A DNA stretch of 64,000 nucleotides from Epithemia pelagica. Taxonomy: Eukaryota; Protista; Bacillariophyta. Positions 1-10,690 of this stretch are shown here, in pieces. A program made the translations under genes and the position numbers. Positions within the stretch are counted from its first letter, which is position 1; each line of letters begins with the position of its first letter. The notes below the pieces were generated by a model. It was not told the DNA's origin. It worked only from the letters and a program-made list of their open reading frames with translations, and searched no databases. The stretch spans positions 2,666,001 through 2,730,000 of the forward strand of contig OX337240.1 in assembly GCA_946965045.2 (NCBI GenBank). Reading direction: 5' to 3'.

Positions 1-1
1 C

Positions 2-292
2 TCGGTCAGGGTTGGCAAGTTCTTGATTGTCAGCCATCGTACAATTGCCACAGAAGAAGAAACCACCACGAAACCTAGCAACTCGATCTTGTCCGAACAC
101 CGAACAAGGCTTAAACTCTTCCTTCCGAAAATTTCTGCAAATGCGGGCGATTTGTTCGCGTTCATTGAAGCTTTGTTCCACCGACACACCTTTCTTGAAA
201 CGAGTGGATCGAGTTTGTTGTTTCGGTGAAGGGGGGAGAAGCTGAATTTGCCGGTCTGAACGGCGGATAGGAGGAGGTTTCTTCTCGTCCAT
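2..292 (-). CDS. Hypothetical protein, 5' part only (runs off window start)
   Basis: Manual translation from ATG at 292: MDEKKPPPIRRSDRQIQLLPPSPKQQ...CGNCTMADNQELANPDR, 97 codons with no stop to the window edge. No recognisable domain. Confidence 0.35.
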   Translation of the reverse strand, partial: MDEKKPPPIRRSDRQIQLLPPSPKQQTRSTRFKKGVSVEQSFNEREQIARICRNFRKEEFKPCSVFGQDRVARFRGGFFFCGNCTMADNQELANPDR

Positions 293-1034
293 TGGATGAA
301 ACAAAAATCAGGCTTGCCAAAGGATCCTTCTGTATATGAAGTCAACTTCAGCAACGGGGGTTGCTGATCTGTGCAGAGACGGAGGAGTAATCCATGATAC
401 ATTGCTCGATTGGGCAGGTTGGAGTCATCGGATGCTCCTTTCGGAAGAGAGGCCCAAACTTTGAAATGGATGATTGAACGACGAATAACCTGCGACTCAA
501 TTGTTATGCTCTATACAATTACGTATAAAAAAATGTCCCGTAGGGTGGACGATCGAGTGAGCCGAGTGTCAGTAGTGCATCTCCCTCATATTTTGGTGTC
601 TCAGCCAAGGGCGCTTTTGGGAGCGTAATTGAGCATCGATGAAGGTGCGCTGATGCTGATCTAACTATACAGGGCACTAGAGTTGTTATTTCTCAAGTGA
701 ACTGGATACTTACATCAGAGTCGGAGGTTGGGCATTGCTGTCGTTAAGGCGTCCTAAGTTGGCTCGGATGGTTTTGGTCAAAAATCGGATGCTCGGGGTC
801 TTACATTTAATGAAAAACTCTTCCACAAATTAGGGGTATAGTGAATTTTGGGTTTCTGAGATGGTGGAGATTGGTCGCTGGCGAGGCTCGCGCGTGCGTT
901 GGGAGTGTAGCTGCTCGTAATGCAAGCAAAGTGTGCAGTGGTCGCACATAGCAGAGAAACTGGTCTAGCCTGAGCGTGTTTTTTCATGTTTCACGTTTCA
1001 CATTGCACGAACTACTTCCTTCCAACCACTCAAA

Positions 1035-1040
1035 CAACAA

Positions 1041-1070
<30 letters not shown>
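1035..1070 (+). repeat. (CAA)3(CAG)9 microsatellite
   Basis: Read directly from sequence. Confidence 0.9.
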
Positions 1071-1071
<1 letters not shown>

Positions 1072-1213
1072 TCAGAAGCAGCTCCATTAACCTTAAGCAC
1101 CAGCTCCCGCCGCAACAACTCAAGACACTGTAATTGCAGAACAGGAAACACCCGTCGACGCCGTGGACGGGACAGTGCCTAAAAAAAGACGATCACTGAA
1201 GACCATTGCAAAC

Positions 1214-1864
1214 ATGGACGACGATATTCCAAAGCAAGCCACCGATTCCACTCCAGCAACATCTCCGACTGAGAGCGAGGATTCGCTACTCGACCCTCCC
1301 GATTACATTCCTCCAGACCAGCAGGATATGATGCTGATGGATATCACCAGCGACATTCTGCATTCTAGCAACGGTACCGTCTCAATTGGACGGGGTGAGC
1401 CGTATTTGAGCGAGGCGGATGTATTCCCGCAGACCTGGCCGGCATATGGAACAATTTATGGCTATAACAAGCGCCTCATGATTAGCCTACCTTGCAGACG
1501 CGTACGACCCAATCGAAACCACAAAGTTTTGAACGTTTACTTTTTGGTTGATACGGGTTCCCCATGTTCCTATCTGTGTCGAGAGACATTTGACGCTCTC
1601 ATCGATAAACCAGGATGTGCCTTGCCGAAGCAGCTCCAGGTCGTTGTAAAGGACGAGTCATGCCCCATGATATTTCACATGTCCCCTCTGGGAACCCCAG
1701 AAGAACCTGGAAAGTTCCGTGATGTCAATGTTCTTGGCATGGACTTTTTGCTTCAAAGTAAGGTGACGATGGTGGTGGACTCTTTTGTAAACCGCTTTCG
1801 TCTCGTAGCTCACGAGCCGAACCTTGCCCGTATCCTTGCGGAATATCCGGATGGTGATAATTGA
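1214..1864 (+). CDS. Stand-alone retropepsin-like (clan AA) aspartic protease
   Basis: FLVDTGSPCSYL catalytic motif and downstream NVLGMDFL motif; acidic low-complexity N-terminus. First ATG at 1214; frame is open from GTG 1163. Confidence 0.75.
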   Translation: MDDDIPKQATDSTPATSPTESEDSLLDPPDYIPPDQQDMMLMDITSDILHSSNGTVSIGRGEPYLSEADVFPQTWPAYGTIYGYNKRLMISLPCRRVRPNRNHKVLNVYFLVDTGSPCSYLCRETFDALIDKPGCALPKQLQVVVKDESCPMIFHMSPLGTPEEPGKFRDVNVLGMDFLLQSKVTMVVDSFVNRFRLVAHEPNLARILAEYPDGDN

Positions 1865-2105
1865 GAAGGTTTATGGCGGCGAACGCAAAATATTGTACGA
1901 CTCTATCGGATCTTTGACTTCTTATCGCTTTAGTTCCATTGAATCCTCCATACAACCCAATTTCGTCAACTTTTTGAAGCAGCCCGAAGCTTACACCAAG
2001 AACGGATGCCGCATTCTGCGTGGTGTCATCTTGGACGGTAGGATTATTCATAGAATTTAGATCGTCGCCACTGGTGGTGTTGCACCTTTGCAAGTGTAAT
2101 TAGTT

Positions 2106-2263
2106 GTCAAAGGACAGGACCAATCCATGCAAGATTCCAGCAACGTATCGATGGTTTGGTTTGGACAAGGAACTCTTTCGGGGCACACAGCAACCACATT
2201 TTTCCGGAAATACCCAAGCCTACCTGGCTCCCTCTCGTTTTGTGGAATCCATTGTCGAGTGCA
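2106..2263 (+). pseudogene. Isolated duplicated fragment of the DUF1647-like gene (14153-14318)
   Basis: About 10 substitutions and an 8-nt net deletion relative to 14153-14318; encodes ...YRWFGLDKELFRGTQQPHFSGNTQAYLAPSRFVESIVEC. Confidence 0.85.
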
Positions 2264-2938
2264 CGGTGATGGGACGCCTTGTTGCTCATTTGAGTGGATG
2301 ATGGAACATGTTACCGGCTTTCAAGTAGATCCCTCGTCCAAGAGAGTATCGTCCAAAAAAGGAAAGAAAAACTCCAATACAAAAGCGGCGTTCGCCCACA
2401 CCAACGTCGTTGCGTGTCGATTCGCTCGGCCGTAACGTGGATTCGCAGGCGGTAATAGAAAGAGATCCACCTTCCTTCCAGAAGGACAGATCCCCTGATG
2501 CCACGGATATTTTATGCGAAAAACTTTCTCGAAACCAAGAAAGATTTTCAAATATCAAAGGGAAGAATGGGATCTGTCTTGAGTGAACGATCCCATTCGT
2601 GACTCCCACGACGACGAGCGAGGGACAGAGAGATATGTGCACGGGATTCTGGAGAAAGCTCGTGAATCGACGGAGGGAGGGGTGAAAAGAAAGCACATGG
2701 TTTGTTGGTGAACAGCGCACGTCTGCAATGGTTTTTGCAGTATCGTCGTTCTCGACACGGAGGAGAATCTCCGCAGCCACTAACTCTCGGACGGCACGAT
2801 AATAATGGATGGAGTTATGGCGTTTGGAAGACAATGCAGAGTACAGTCAATCAGTCAGTCAGTTGGAACAACAGTCTCATATTCTCAAGACACCATGGAT
2901 TCCAAAGAATGGCTCACGCCACGAAAGGCAACCATCAG

Positions 2939-2960
2939 CTCCTCCTCCTCCTCCTCCTCC
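2939..2960 (+). repeat. (CTC)7 microsatellite
   Basis: Read directly from sequence. Confidence 0.85.
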
Positions 2961-3287
2961 CACAAGAAAGACTTCACGAAAACAATAGCTGGGTGAGTGA
3001 CTCCATCCAATCCATTCCTCTATATAGGGACATAAGTTGGAATTGTTAAGTCACAAACAATCTGCTTACCACGTTCACCACCGGTCCGGTCCGTCCATTT
3101 CCATTCATGGTTGGTGGCAGGAAAACATGATTCCGGTGAGCTCTAGAGATACCTCCGCGTGATGGGAAACGATACACTGCGCTCTACTGCAAGTCACGAG
3201 AAACAAAACCAACTGATTTTGCTGGGAAACGGAATTTGCGTTGTCTCTACAAATATGAATGCTTATCCAGATGAAACTACGAACAGG

Positions 3288-4646
3288 TCATACAAAGTAC
3301 ATGGAATCTGCAGAGAAAGGGATTTTGTGCACCAACCATGGTTCGTTTGGAAACGAGACAGGTGAGACACCTTTGTGCGACTTTCTCTCATCACCATCAT
3401 CATCATCGAACAGAGTGTCCATCTCTTGAGGCGACATGTCCACGTCAGGATCCATTGCGAGACAGTCTTTGAGTGTCTGTACATTGCAAAACATGTCTTG
3501 GGGTACTTGGTTGTCGTGCTTGGTTTGAGGATGACCCTTATAGTCGTCGTGTCGTCTCCATGTACTCCATGCTCGCTCCTCCTTGACATCCATTTCACTG
3601 TCAAAGTTCTCAAAGATACCTTGAAGCACAGAGTTACTGATGGAAGGGCAAAGAAAGGTCAAGGGATCTTCCAGCGTGGTTGTCGTCGCCAAGACACCAA
3701 AGGAGGTTTGACTGCGAGGAGTACCAAGGACACCAGCAGACTGCTGCTTTGAATGTTGGTATTGAGGAAAGAGTTGGGCGTTTGTTGTAAGAAGCTCCCC
3801 AGCTGGCGATACCATTACTCGTTTTGGTTTGCTCGACTTCTTTCTTGATACGCCATCATCCACCGGACTGGGACTGATCAAGAGGTGTGAAAAATCGGCT
3901 TCCTGTGCTCCCTGGGAGGAATCTGTTGTGCGGACTTGACGAGCCTTCCACGCGTTGAAAGACTTGAGGTGCTCTGCTTTTTCGACCGAGTTATATTCCT
4001 CTAGGAGACGTCGTGATTCAGGATCGAGCAGCTTCCATCGCTTTCCGATGGTACGCGCCAGTTCCACAAAGCCAATCTTCCCGTGAGACTTTCGATGGAC
4101 GCGTTTCTTCCCCGTGTTCCGTTTGTGTGTACAGGCAACCTCATGGATTTCCGCCCACGTAACGGGGATCCCGTTCCAATCGGTTTGGTCGTCCAAGATG
4201 CGCTTGCGCTCGAGCTGGAAATACAAGTTATAGGCACTGAGTGGAGCTTTGGGTTTGGGTGGGGTGAAACACCACCGAGTGAGGTACCCAATCGACGGGG
4301 AGGATGAAGCGGATCTCGTTTTCATTGTCACGCTCCCGTACTTGCGATATACTATTTTATGAATAATGTGGATCGTCAACCCACGCGACCTACGTTTTTG
4401 TGCGGAACCAACGTCAAAACCGGAATCTACTTCTGCAATGGTCGGGCTTTGCTTGTTCACTCTGTTTTGTCTCTGTATTCTCTGCATTTGATTTCGAGAC
4501 GTCGTTCTGTTCGGATGAAAGAATGCTGATCCGGAAGAATAAAGAACAATCATCTGTGTTGTCGTCTTTTCTGGAACGTCTATAGAGTCTCTCAAGAAAT
4601 GAGTTTTCCATTCGGATTCCAGATTCCATAACTTACTCGCAATCAC
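3288..4646 (-). CDS. HMG-box DNA-binding protein
   Basis: PKPKAPLSAYNLYFQLERKRIL...HRKSHGKIGFVELARTIGKRWKLLDPESR, an HMG box with the insert typical of diatom HMG proteins. True start uncertain (ATG at 4325 is an alternative). Confidence 0.85.
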   Translation of the reverse strand: MIASKLWNLESEWKTHFLRDSIDVPEKTTTQMIVLYSSGSAFFHPNRTTSRNQMQRIQRQNRVNKQSPTIAEVDSGFDVGSAQKRRSRGLTIHIIHKIVYRKYGSVTMKTRSASSSPSIGYLTRWCFTPPKPKAPLSAYNLYFQLERKRILDDQTDWNGIPVTWAEIHEVACTHKRNTGKKRVHRKSHGKIGFVELARTIGKRWKLLDPESRRLLEEYNSVEKAEHLKSFNAWKARQVRTTDSSQGAQEADFSHLLISPSPVDDGVSRKKSSKPKRVMVSPAGELLTTNAQLFPQYQHSKQQSAGVLGTPRSQTSFGVLATTTTLEDPLTFLCPSISNSVLQGIFENFDSEMDVKEERAWSTWRRHDDYKGHPQTKHDNQVPQDMFCNVQTLKDCLAMDPDVDMSPQEMDTLFDDDDGDERKSHKGVSPVSFPNEPWLVHKIPFSADSMYFV

Positions 4647-4976
4647 CAGTCACTGTTGAATGAAACAATGCTTAACGAGGAACGGAAATAATAATGACAA
4701 GAATGATCTGCACTTTCTACAACATAAGTCGGTAGTCCATGAACCAAGAATCCGAGTGGTGGTCTGTGTTCTGCGACGATCTAGCAATCCCGGCTTCCAG
4801 TCTCCACTCTCTCTCGAGTCTCGAGACGACAAAACGACAGAGATGGAGCTCCAGTGACCTATGAACTAGTGACCAGCCTCTATTGTAGCCTTTAGCCTCT
4901 CTGTTTGCTTACCACCTTCTACGTAGTCGCTTTTCGTAATTCGTTCGCATTCTCAATTCTCATGGGGCATGGGGAG

Positions 4977-5089
4977 CAAATTACGATCGTGCGTCTAAGT
5001 GAAAAACTGAAATAGTGAGCTCTAAGCTACGCGTCCCGCATGGGTTAGCTACTCGCCCAAAATTCGCTTAATATCAGTCGCCTTTCTTG
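4977..5089 (-). repeat. 3' LTR of copia 1
   Basis: Identical to 11127-11239 except 5054 C vs 11204 T. Confidence 0.92.
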
Positions 5090-5097
5090 GTCCCCTC
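5090..5097 (-). promoter_or_regulatory. Polypurine tract of copia 1
   Basis: Minus strand GAGGGGAC immediately precedes the 3' LTR. Confidence 0.75.
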
Positions 5098-5275
5098 AAA
5101 ATTGCTATGACGGACCCTCCTGGTATAGTCACATTTTGCCATCTCCATACTCATCAACATTCATCTTCTTCATTTCCTCCACACCTGCTTTAGAGCGCCC
5201 CACTTTTATGGCGTGCAGGACGTACCCAGTCCCCTCAGTCGGGCGGGAAACGTACTCATTGTCCAGCAGCTTTCT

Positions 5276-8200
5276 TTAGAATAAAATCATCTGTGCCAAT
5301 CTTGTTCGCTCCGGACCAGTTTGAATCTTCGTAAGCAGGTCCGCTAAATTTGTCTTAGACGGTTCAAAGGCAATCTTGCATGTACCGTTTGCCACGTTTT
5401 CACGTACAAAATGATACGCAACTGAATTCGATTTCTTGCGTAGCGTCGATTCCGGTAAGGAACTGTTGTAGACCACAGACATGTTGTCTACTCGCACATG
5501 TGCATGTCCGTCCAAGGGAATACCCATCATCCTCATCTTGTATCGTAAGCCTTTCAGCATCTCTACTCCCACTTTAAGGGCCATAAATTCAGACCCGAAC
5601 GTAGAAGTCTCAACGCTCGTTTGTTTCTTGCTATACCACGAGATGGGGGCTCGATTCAAATAAATGAGCACACCTGTTCTTGAGCGTCGAGTCAGGAGAT
5701 CTCCAGCATGATCTGAATCGACGAAGACTGTCATTTGGACCGCCTTGCCTAATGGTTCGGGTGCATCTGGAGGAATCTCTTCAATGGCTCCAGGATAGAA
5801 GCCTGTCCAGTCACTCGTTGGTTCATCACCAAGCTCAATATATGATGGATCCATGATGAGCCGTGAGCGATCGTGTAGGTTTAGATAGGCAAACAGATGA
5901 AGCATTGCCTCCACATGCCCTTCTCTAGGCCCTGCCAAAAATCCAGCCAACATTGACACTTCTGCAGCGATGTCAATTCTTCCCAATTCGACGAGCCAGC
6001 GAAGCACACCCATTTGCTGTTGATAAAAGGTCATTAGCTGTGGGTCACAATATGGTGTTGTGTCCAATTCAGGACGATACCCACTGGGCAACACACTTGG
6101 TGCTCTGGTTTTGAGTTTGCGGTCTTGATTTTCAAGCCATGAGACGACGTTCCGTATGGCTGCCTTTGCATATTTCTCTGAACTCAACGCCCAGCATCGT
6201 TGCGACACGTCATTATTGATATCGAACGTTTGTACTTGTGATCCCAGATAAGACTTAGGAATACCAATCGAATCTGGTTTAAGTAGGTAGTGGTGGTCAA
6301 GCATCGTCAAAGATTCCATCGGCTTGTGCGAGATGACCAATATGTCGTCTGTATAGACGAACAGCATTTCGTAGTAGCGCTCTCCATTTCCCTTTGTAGC
6401 TTGACGTAAATAACAGTCTGGATCTGCTCGACATGGGAAATAGCCCAAGTCCTCTTGCAGGGTAGTGGACAGGAGATCGCGCCAGGCATAGGCACTGGTC
6501 TTTAGCCCATAGAGGGCTTTTGTGATGATTGCAATCCGGCCTTGGTATTCAGTGCCGAATTCTAAACCGCATCTTGTGCAGACCTTTTCAAGGCATGGAG
6601 CGTTCAGATATGCTCCGGCAATATCAGCTGCTTGAATCTCTAATCCATTGAGAGCGGCCAGCATGAATCCAATTCGGACGCTCTCACGGCTAACGACACT
6701 TGCGTATGTTGGTGCTTCAGGCTCTTCCGTTCTATGGCCTCCAGCCACATATCTGGCCTTTCGGGTGAAATCCATCTTGACATCAAAGACGATGTGACAA
6801 GGGATTACCTGATAGCCAACTGGTTCTTTGACACCGTCATCCAATATTTTGACGGCTGGGAAAATCTTGGACATCTCCAGTTTCAGGGCTTTACGCCAAT
6901 AATCCGTACCAGTTTCACGATCAATCTGGAGAGCTCGTTCCACCGTTTTGGGCACTTCAATGCCGTATTTTTGGAATTGCCGCATGTATCTTGTAGTCTT
7001 TGCTGCTTTGATCAGCCTCGTTCTCCTTCGTAGAGTGAACGGTACCCACCATGCAAACGCGGGTTCCTTTTCTAGTTTGTTCGCAGCAGCATACTCAGCA
7101 ACTTCGATAGGATACGATTCTTTGAGATCCTTCAGGGCCTCCCAACTTGAAGAGCCGTCCTTCCATTTAATGCATAAGAACCAGCCTCTCGTTGTCTTCT
7201 TCTTGTGTTTTCGTCCGTTCAATTCGAATTCGCCATCCGATATGGGCACAGCTGTCTTGTCTGCTTTGTGATCGGTGATTTCCTCCACCATACGATACAA
7301 ATTGCCCTCATCATCGAGTTGCTCGTATATATTTTCGGCAATAAGATTTGCCGCATAGGACTGTACATGGCCATCGTCGAATTCAACTTCATAGAGGGTC
7401 GTATCCAGATAGGGATTTGTGGAGGCATGTCCGACGACCCGACCCTCTGCATCTCGTTTCCTTCTTCTAACCGTCCCCTTTCGTTGATCATCCCCAAGAG
7501 GCAGCATAACTTTAGCTGAAATGAGTTTGTCGTATGCATCGGGTGCATAGGCATCAGCTTCTGGCATCCGAACATCTGGTTGTTCGTCATCTTCATAGGC
7601 CTCAAAGGTAGGCGTGTCAGCCTCATTATCGTCTTCATCAGCGATGGGGATACCGGCCATTCGATTCCCAAGGGCAGCTTTCAGGTTTTCCATATATAAA
7701 GCCTGCTGAGCTTTATGTGCGTCATCCATTTGTGATTCTCGATGGATTGGCCATACGGAGGTGCGATGAACTATCTTTCCTTTGTCGGTTAAGACTTTGG
7801 CACACATTGCCTGCCCAACGGTATGACTTGGTCCCAGCCAGCGGCCCAATTTGCGACCCTCAAAGCCAGGGTTACTGTACCAAACAAAATCAAACCATCG
7901 ATGTTCAACGAGGTGGGAAATATCTGGCGTATCGCCAGTGAGTTGCTGAATGGGCGGACCATTCACATTGCTTCCAAAACTCGTGTGGGAGCGTCGTTCC
8001 GCCATTAGCATGAGGCAATGGTCCCACAACACAGCTGGAGCGTTACTACGCCTCATCTCGCGACGGTAGAGGCGCTTCAATTCTCTGATATTGGCCTCAG
8101 CCAGGTTTTGGTTTGGAGTCCAGGCTTCCACTGGTTTAATGCGGCATCCGTATTTGTGGGCTACCTTCCGAAATTCTTGCGAAGTTAATTCTGGCGCGTT

Positions 8201-9256
8201 GTCAGGAATTATGTGGTTGAAAATGCCGTAATTGTCGAAGATAGATGGCAACGTTGTCGGAGCTTCGCTTTTCTTTCGCATAGGGACAAAATGGACCCAG
8301 CCAAAGTCTGTGGCAAAGATCTGCCCGCATGTATGTTGATCAAGCGATTTCGTCTCAGAAAACAGTGTATCGGTGTACACATCTGCTCTCAGTCGGCGAT
8401 GCCGCAGTTGGTATGCCGTGTGTTTCAAACGGCGACTCCCTCCTTGATCTTTAAACTCTCGGACACCCAACTGTGTCGTCTGCTGGAATGTCCGCTCGGC
8501 GCTAGGAAGTCCGATACTCCATCGCTGTGCCAATTCATCTGGACGTACTGTCCCCTTTCGCCTATGTCCAATATCTGATACATGGACATGGATGGCGCGA
8601 TTATTCACTCGTAGTGTCTTTGTCATTGCAAGGTTGATCGTCCGCTCACGCTTTTCTTCTGAGGCGTTCACTTGTACTGAATCCCGGAGTGCCCTTTCAT
8701 CAACGTCAGGTGTTGAGTCATTCGGTTGCCACTCGGGTCTTTCATTCGTCATGTCGATTCGGTAAGAAGGATCTATTGTTTCAATCTCTTCTTTCGTGGG
8801 CTTGCGCGTGCGGAATTGGCTTAGAACGCCAACAAGGTCGAGTGGAATGCGCAATTCTCCCAGTTCGTTGTCCCTTGCAATGATACTGTGGGATCGTTGG
8901 GTTCGGTCCCCTGCTTTCAAATACTTCAACGGAATATCGTTGACTTCAATACCGGCCTCCCTCATTTGATTCGGGTTAAGGAGGCATTTGTCTTTTAATT
9001 GTGGTAGATGTAGAGCTTGATGAAAATAAAGAAGGAACGTTTGGCCTGTTTCCTGGTCGTCATATGCCAATACACCAGTAATTACATCGGCCTCTTTAAT
9101 CTTGCCAAGGCTCTCAACAAAACCACTGACATCAGCTGTGTCTGTCTGATACAGGACATAGCATTCAGATCCCAGACAGCATGTATCCGCATGACTGTCG
9201 AGTTCACACCTGATTAGGGGAACTGAGATCTCACGAGAAGTTGTCGCAGACATCAC
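5276..9256 (-). CDS. pol: Copia 1 Pol (protease, integrase, chromodomain-like segment, RT, RNase H)
   Basis: PR ELDSHADTCCLG; INT YTDTLF / IPDNAPEL / WTPNQNLAEANIRE; RT KARYVAGGH, DIAGAYL, KALYGLK, YTDD; RH FVDSDHAGD, STFGSEF, VDNMS, NLADLLTK. Confidence 0.95.
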   Translation of the reverse strand: MMSATTSREISVPLIRCELDSHADTCCLGSECYVLYQTDTADVSGFVESLGKIKEADVITGVLAYDDQETGQTFLLYFHQALHLPQLKDKCLLNPNQMREAGIEVNDIPLKYLKAGDRTQRSHSIIARDNELGELRIPLDLVGVLSQFRTRKPTKEEIETIDPSYRIDMTNERPEWQPNDSTPDVDERALRDSVQVNASEEKRERTINLAMTKTLRVNNRAIHVHVSDIGHRRKGTVRPDELAQRWSIGLPSAERTFQQTTQLGVREFKDQGGSRRLKHTAYQLRHRRLRADVYTDTLFSETKSLDQHTCGQIFATDFGWVHFVPMRKKSEAPTTLPSIFDNYGIFNHIIPDNAPELTSQEFRKVAHKYGCRIKPVEAWTPNQNLAEANIRELKRLYRREMRRSNAPAVLWDHCLMLMAERRSHTSFGSNVNGPPIQQLTGDTPDISHLVEHRWFDFVWYSNPGFEGRKLGRWLGPSHTVGQAMCAKVLTDKGKIVHRTSVWPIHRESQMDDAHKAQQALYMENLKAALGNRMAGIPIADEDDNEADTPTFEAYEDDEQPDVRMPEADAYAPDAYDKLISAKVMLPLGDDQRKGTVRRRKRDAEGRVVGHASTNPYLDTTLYEVEFDDGHVQSYAANLIAENIYEQLDDEGNLYRMVEEITDHKADKTAVPISDGEFELNGRKHKKKTTRGWFLCIKWKDGSSSWEALKDLKESYPIEVAEYAAANKLEKEPAFAWWVPFTLRRRTRLIKAAKTTRYMRQFQKYGIEVPKTVERALQIDRETGTDYWRKALKLEMSKIFPAVKILDDGVKEPVGYQVIPCHIVFDVKMDFTRKARYVAGGHRTEEPEAPTYASVVSRESVRIGFMLAALNGLEIQAADIAGAYLNAPCLEKVCTRCGLEFGTEYQGRIAIITKALYGLKTSAYAWRDLLSTTLQEDLGYFPCRADPDCYLRQATKGNGERYYEMLFVYTDDILVISHKPMESLTMLDHHYLLKPDSIGIPKSYLGSQVQTFDINNDVSQRCWALSSEKYAKAAIRNVVSWLENQDRKLKTRAPSVLPSGYRPELDTTPYCDPQLMTFYQQQMGVLRWLVELGRIDIAAEVSMLAGFLAGPREGHVEAMLHLFAYLNLHDRSRLIMDPSYIELGDEPTSDWTGFYPGAIEEIPPDAPEPLGKAVQMTVFVDSDHAGDLLTRRSRTGVLIYLNRAPISWYSKKQTSVETSTFGSEFMALKVGVEMLKGLRYKMRMMGIPLDGHAHVRVDNMSVVYNSSLPESTLRKKSNSVAYHFVRENVANGTCKIAFEPSKTNLADLLTKIQTGPERTRLAQMILF

Positions 9257-9262
9257 ACTATG

Positions 9263-10690
9263 TCAAACGTTTCTCCTTTTACGTTGGCTCATGATAGCGC
9301 CGACACCCTTTGTGTCGTTATCGTGGCTCTCAGACGATTCCTCCGAAATGTCGGGTGTCTCATCTCCATCATTTTGACGAGGCTTCTTGTTGGGCTTGCT
9401 GGAAATAGCCCCAACTCCTCTTCGTTTATCTCGCTTTTCTCTGGCGTCACGTACTCTTTGACGTTCCTCGCCACTGAGCTTAGCCCATTCGTTGGGTTTA
9501 TAATAGCGGTCTGTTATTTCTTTCTCTTTCTTGTTTTCATTTTTCTTATTATTCTTTCCACCACCTTTGTTGGACGTGGAAGTAGATACACCAGAGATTC
9601 TTGCTTGTTTCCGACTTGCAGCGCTATAGGAAACCTTGCTATCAAGGACTTCCGCAAGGAAATTTGACGCATTCTCAAAGGTAGAGCGCAGAAATGGTGT
9701 AGCCAGGATTTGATTCTTGGCACTCTCAAGGCGAGAGTCAGAAGTTCCTGTCAACAGGATTCTCACCTTTCGCTCTTCGCTTACGGTCTCTCCTGTTGAT
9801 TCGAGATCCGTGAATCCTCGTTGGAGCGTTTCGATGTAACGCTCGTACGTGTAGTTACGCTTGGACCCGTCATAATAAGTGCTCTCAAGAATTTGATCAG
9901 CCTTAGCCCGAAGACGTGACTGAAAGGCATCGCCGAGATAGTGGGATTTGAGAGCTAGATAAGCGGCTCGTCCATTGCGAGTGCGTGCAAAAGACATCAC
10001 CCAACCCCAGCCAGGGCCATCATGTGTAACATGGCGGATTGTCTCCCATACAGCAACCATGTCCGTTGTAGCTGTTGGGCCTTCATGTGATGCTCGACGA
10101 ATCATCTCAGATAGAATGGTTGGTGTTCCAAAGCCATTCGGATCAGTTGCTTCTGGTTCCACAGCAGGATTCGCTCGTACATATGCGGCAAGTGGAATGC
10201 CACTCACTCCACGTTTGCGTTCGAAGTAATTGTCCAAATCCTCTAGGACAACGCGAATATTATCTACACTGGTAAGTTTCCCAGGTAGTTCGACATCATT
10301 ATCGTATTCGTCTTCAGCTTCCTTGAATCGATAGAGTAGATTCAGGTCATTCATTGTTGGTGGAACCGCAGCGAAGGTGCGGTTTATTTTCCCGATATGC
10401 ACAATATAATAACGAAGCATCTTCAGTTTCTTCTCGACCAGGTGTCCAATGAGCACTCCTGGATTAGCAATCATTGCTGGCACACCAGCTGGATCTGGGT
10501 TCGGGATGAGGCCACCAGGTTTACGAGCGTTGGTACAAATTTCGGCGACATCTGCCTCGCTGAGGACTTCAAAGTCGTAGACGGAGGTTAGGCCTTGACC
10601 ATTGAGAGCAGTACGAACTGCTGGATCGTTAATCTGCAAGACGACATCCAAGTACACGTTCAGTAGTTGCATAGGATTCGGTGCTGCCAT
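9263..10690 (-). CDS. gag: Copia 1 Gag
   Basis: 475-aa ORF between 5' LTR and pol; RNGRAAYLALKSHYLG and RYYKPNEWAKLS motifs typical of diatom copia Gag; no CCHC knuckle seen. Confidence 0.9.
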   Translation of the reverse strand: MAAPNPMQLLNVYLDVVLQINDPAVRTALNGQGLTSVYDFEVLSEADVAEICTNARKPGGLIPNPDPAGVPAMIANPGVLIGHLVEKKLKMLRYYIVHIGKINRTFAAVPPTMNDLNLLYRFKEAEDEYDNDVELPGKLTSVDNIRVVLEDLDNYFERKRGVSGIPLAAYVRANPAVEPEATDPNGFGTPTILSEMIRRASHEGPTATTDMVAVWETIRHVTHDGPGWGWVMSFARTRNGRAAYLALKSHYLGDAFQSRLRAKADQILESTYYDGSKRNYTYERYIETLQRGFTDLESTGETVSEERKVRILLTGTSDSRLESAKNQILATPFLRSTFENASNFLAEVLDSKVSYSAASRKQARISGVSTSTSNKGGGKNNKKNENKKEKEITDRYYKPNEWAKLSGEERQRVRDAREKRDKRRGVGAISSKPNKKPRQNDGDETPDISEESSESHDNDTKGVGAIMSQRKRRNV

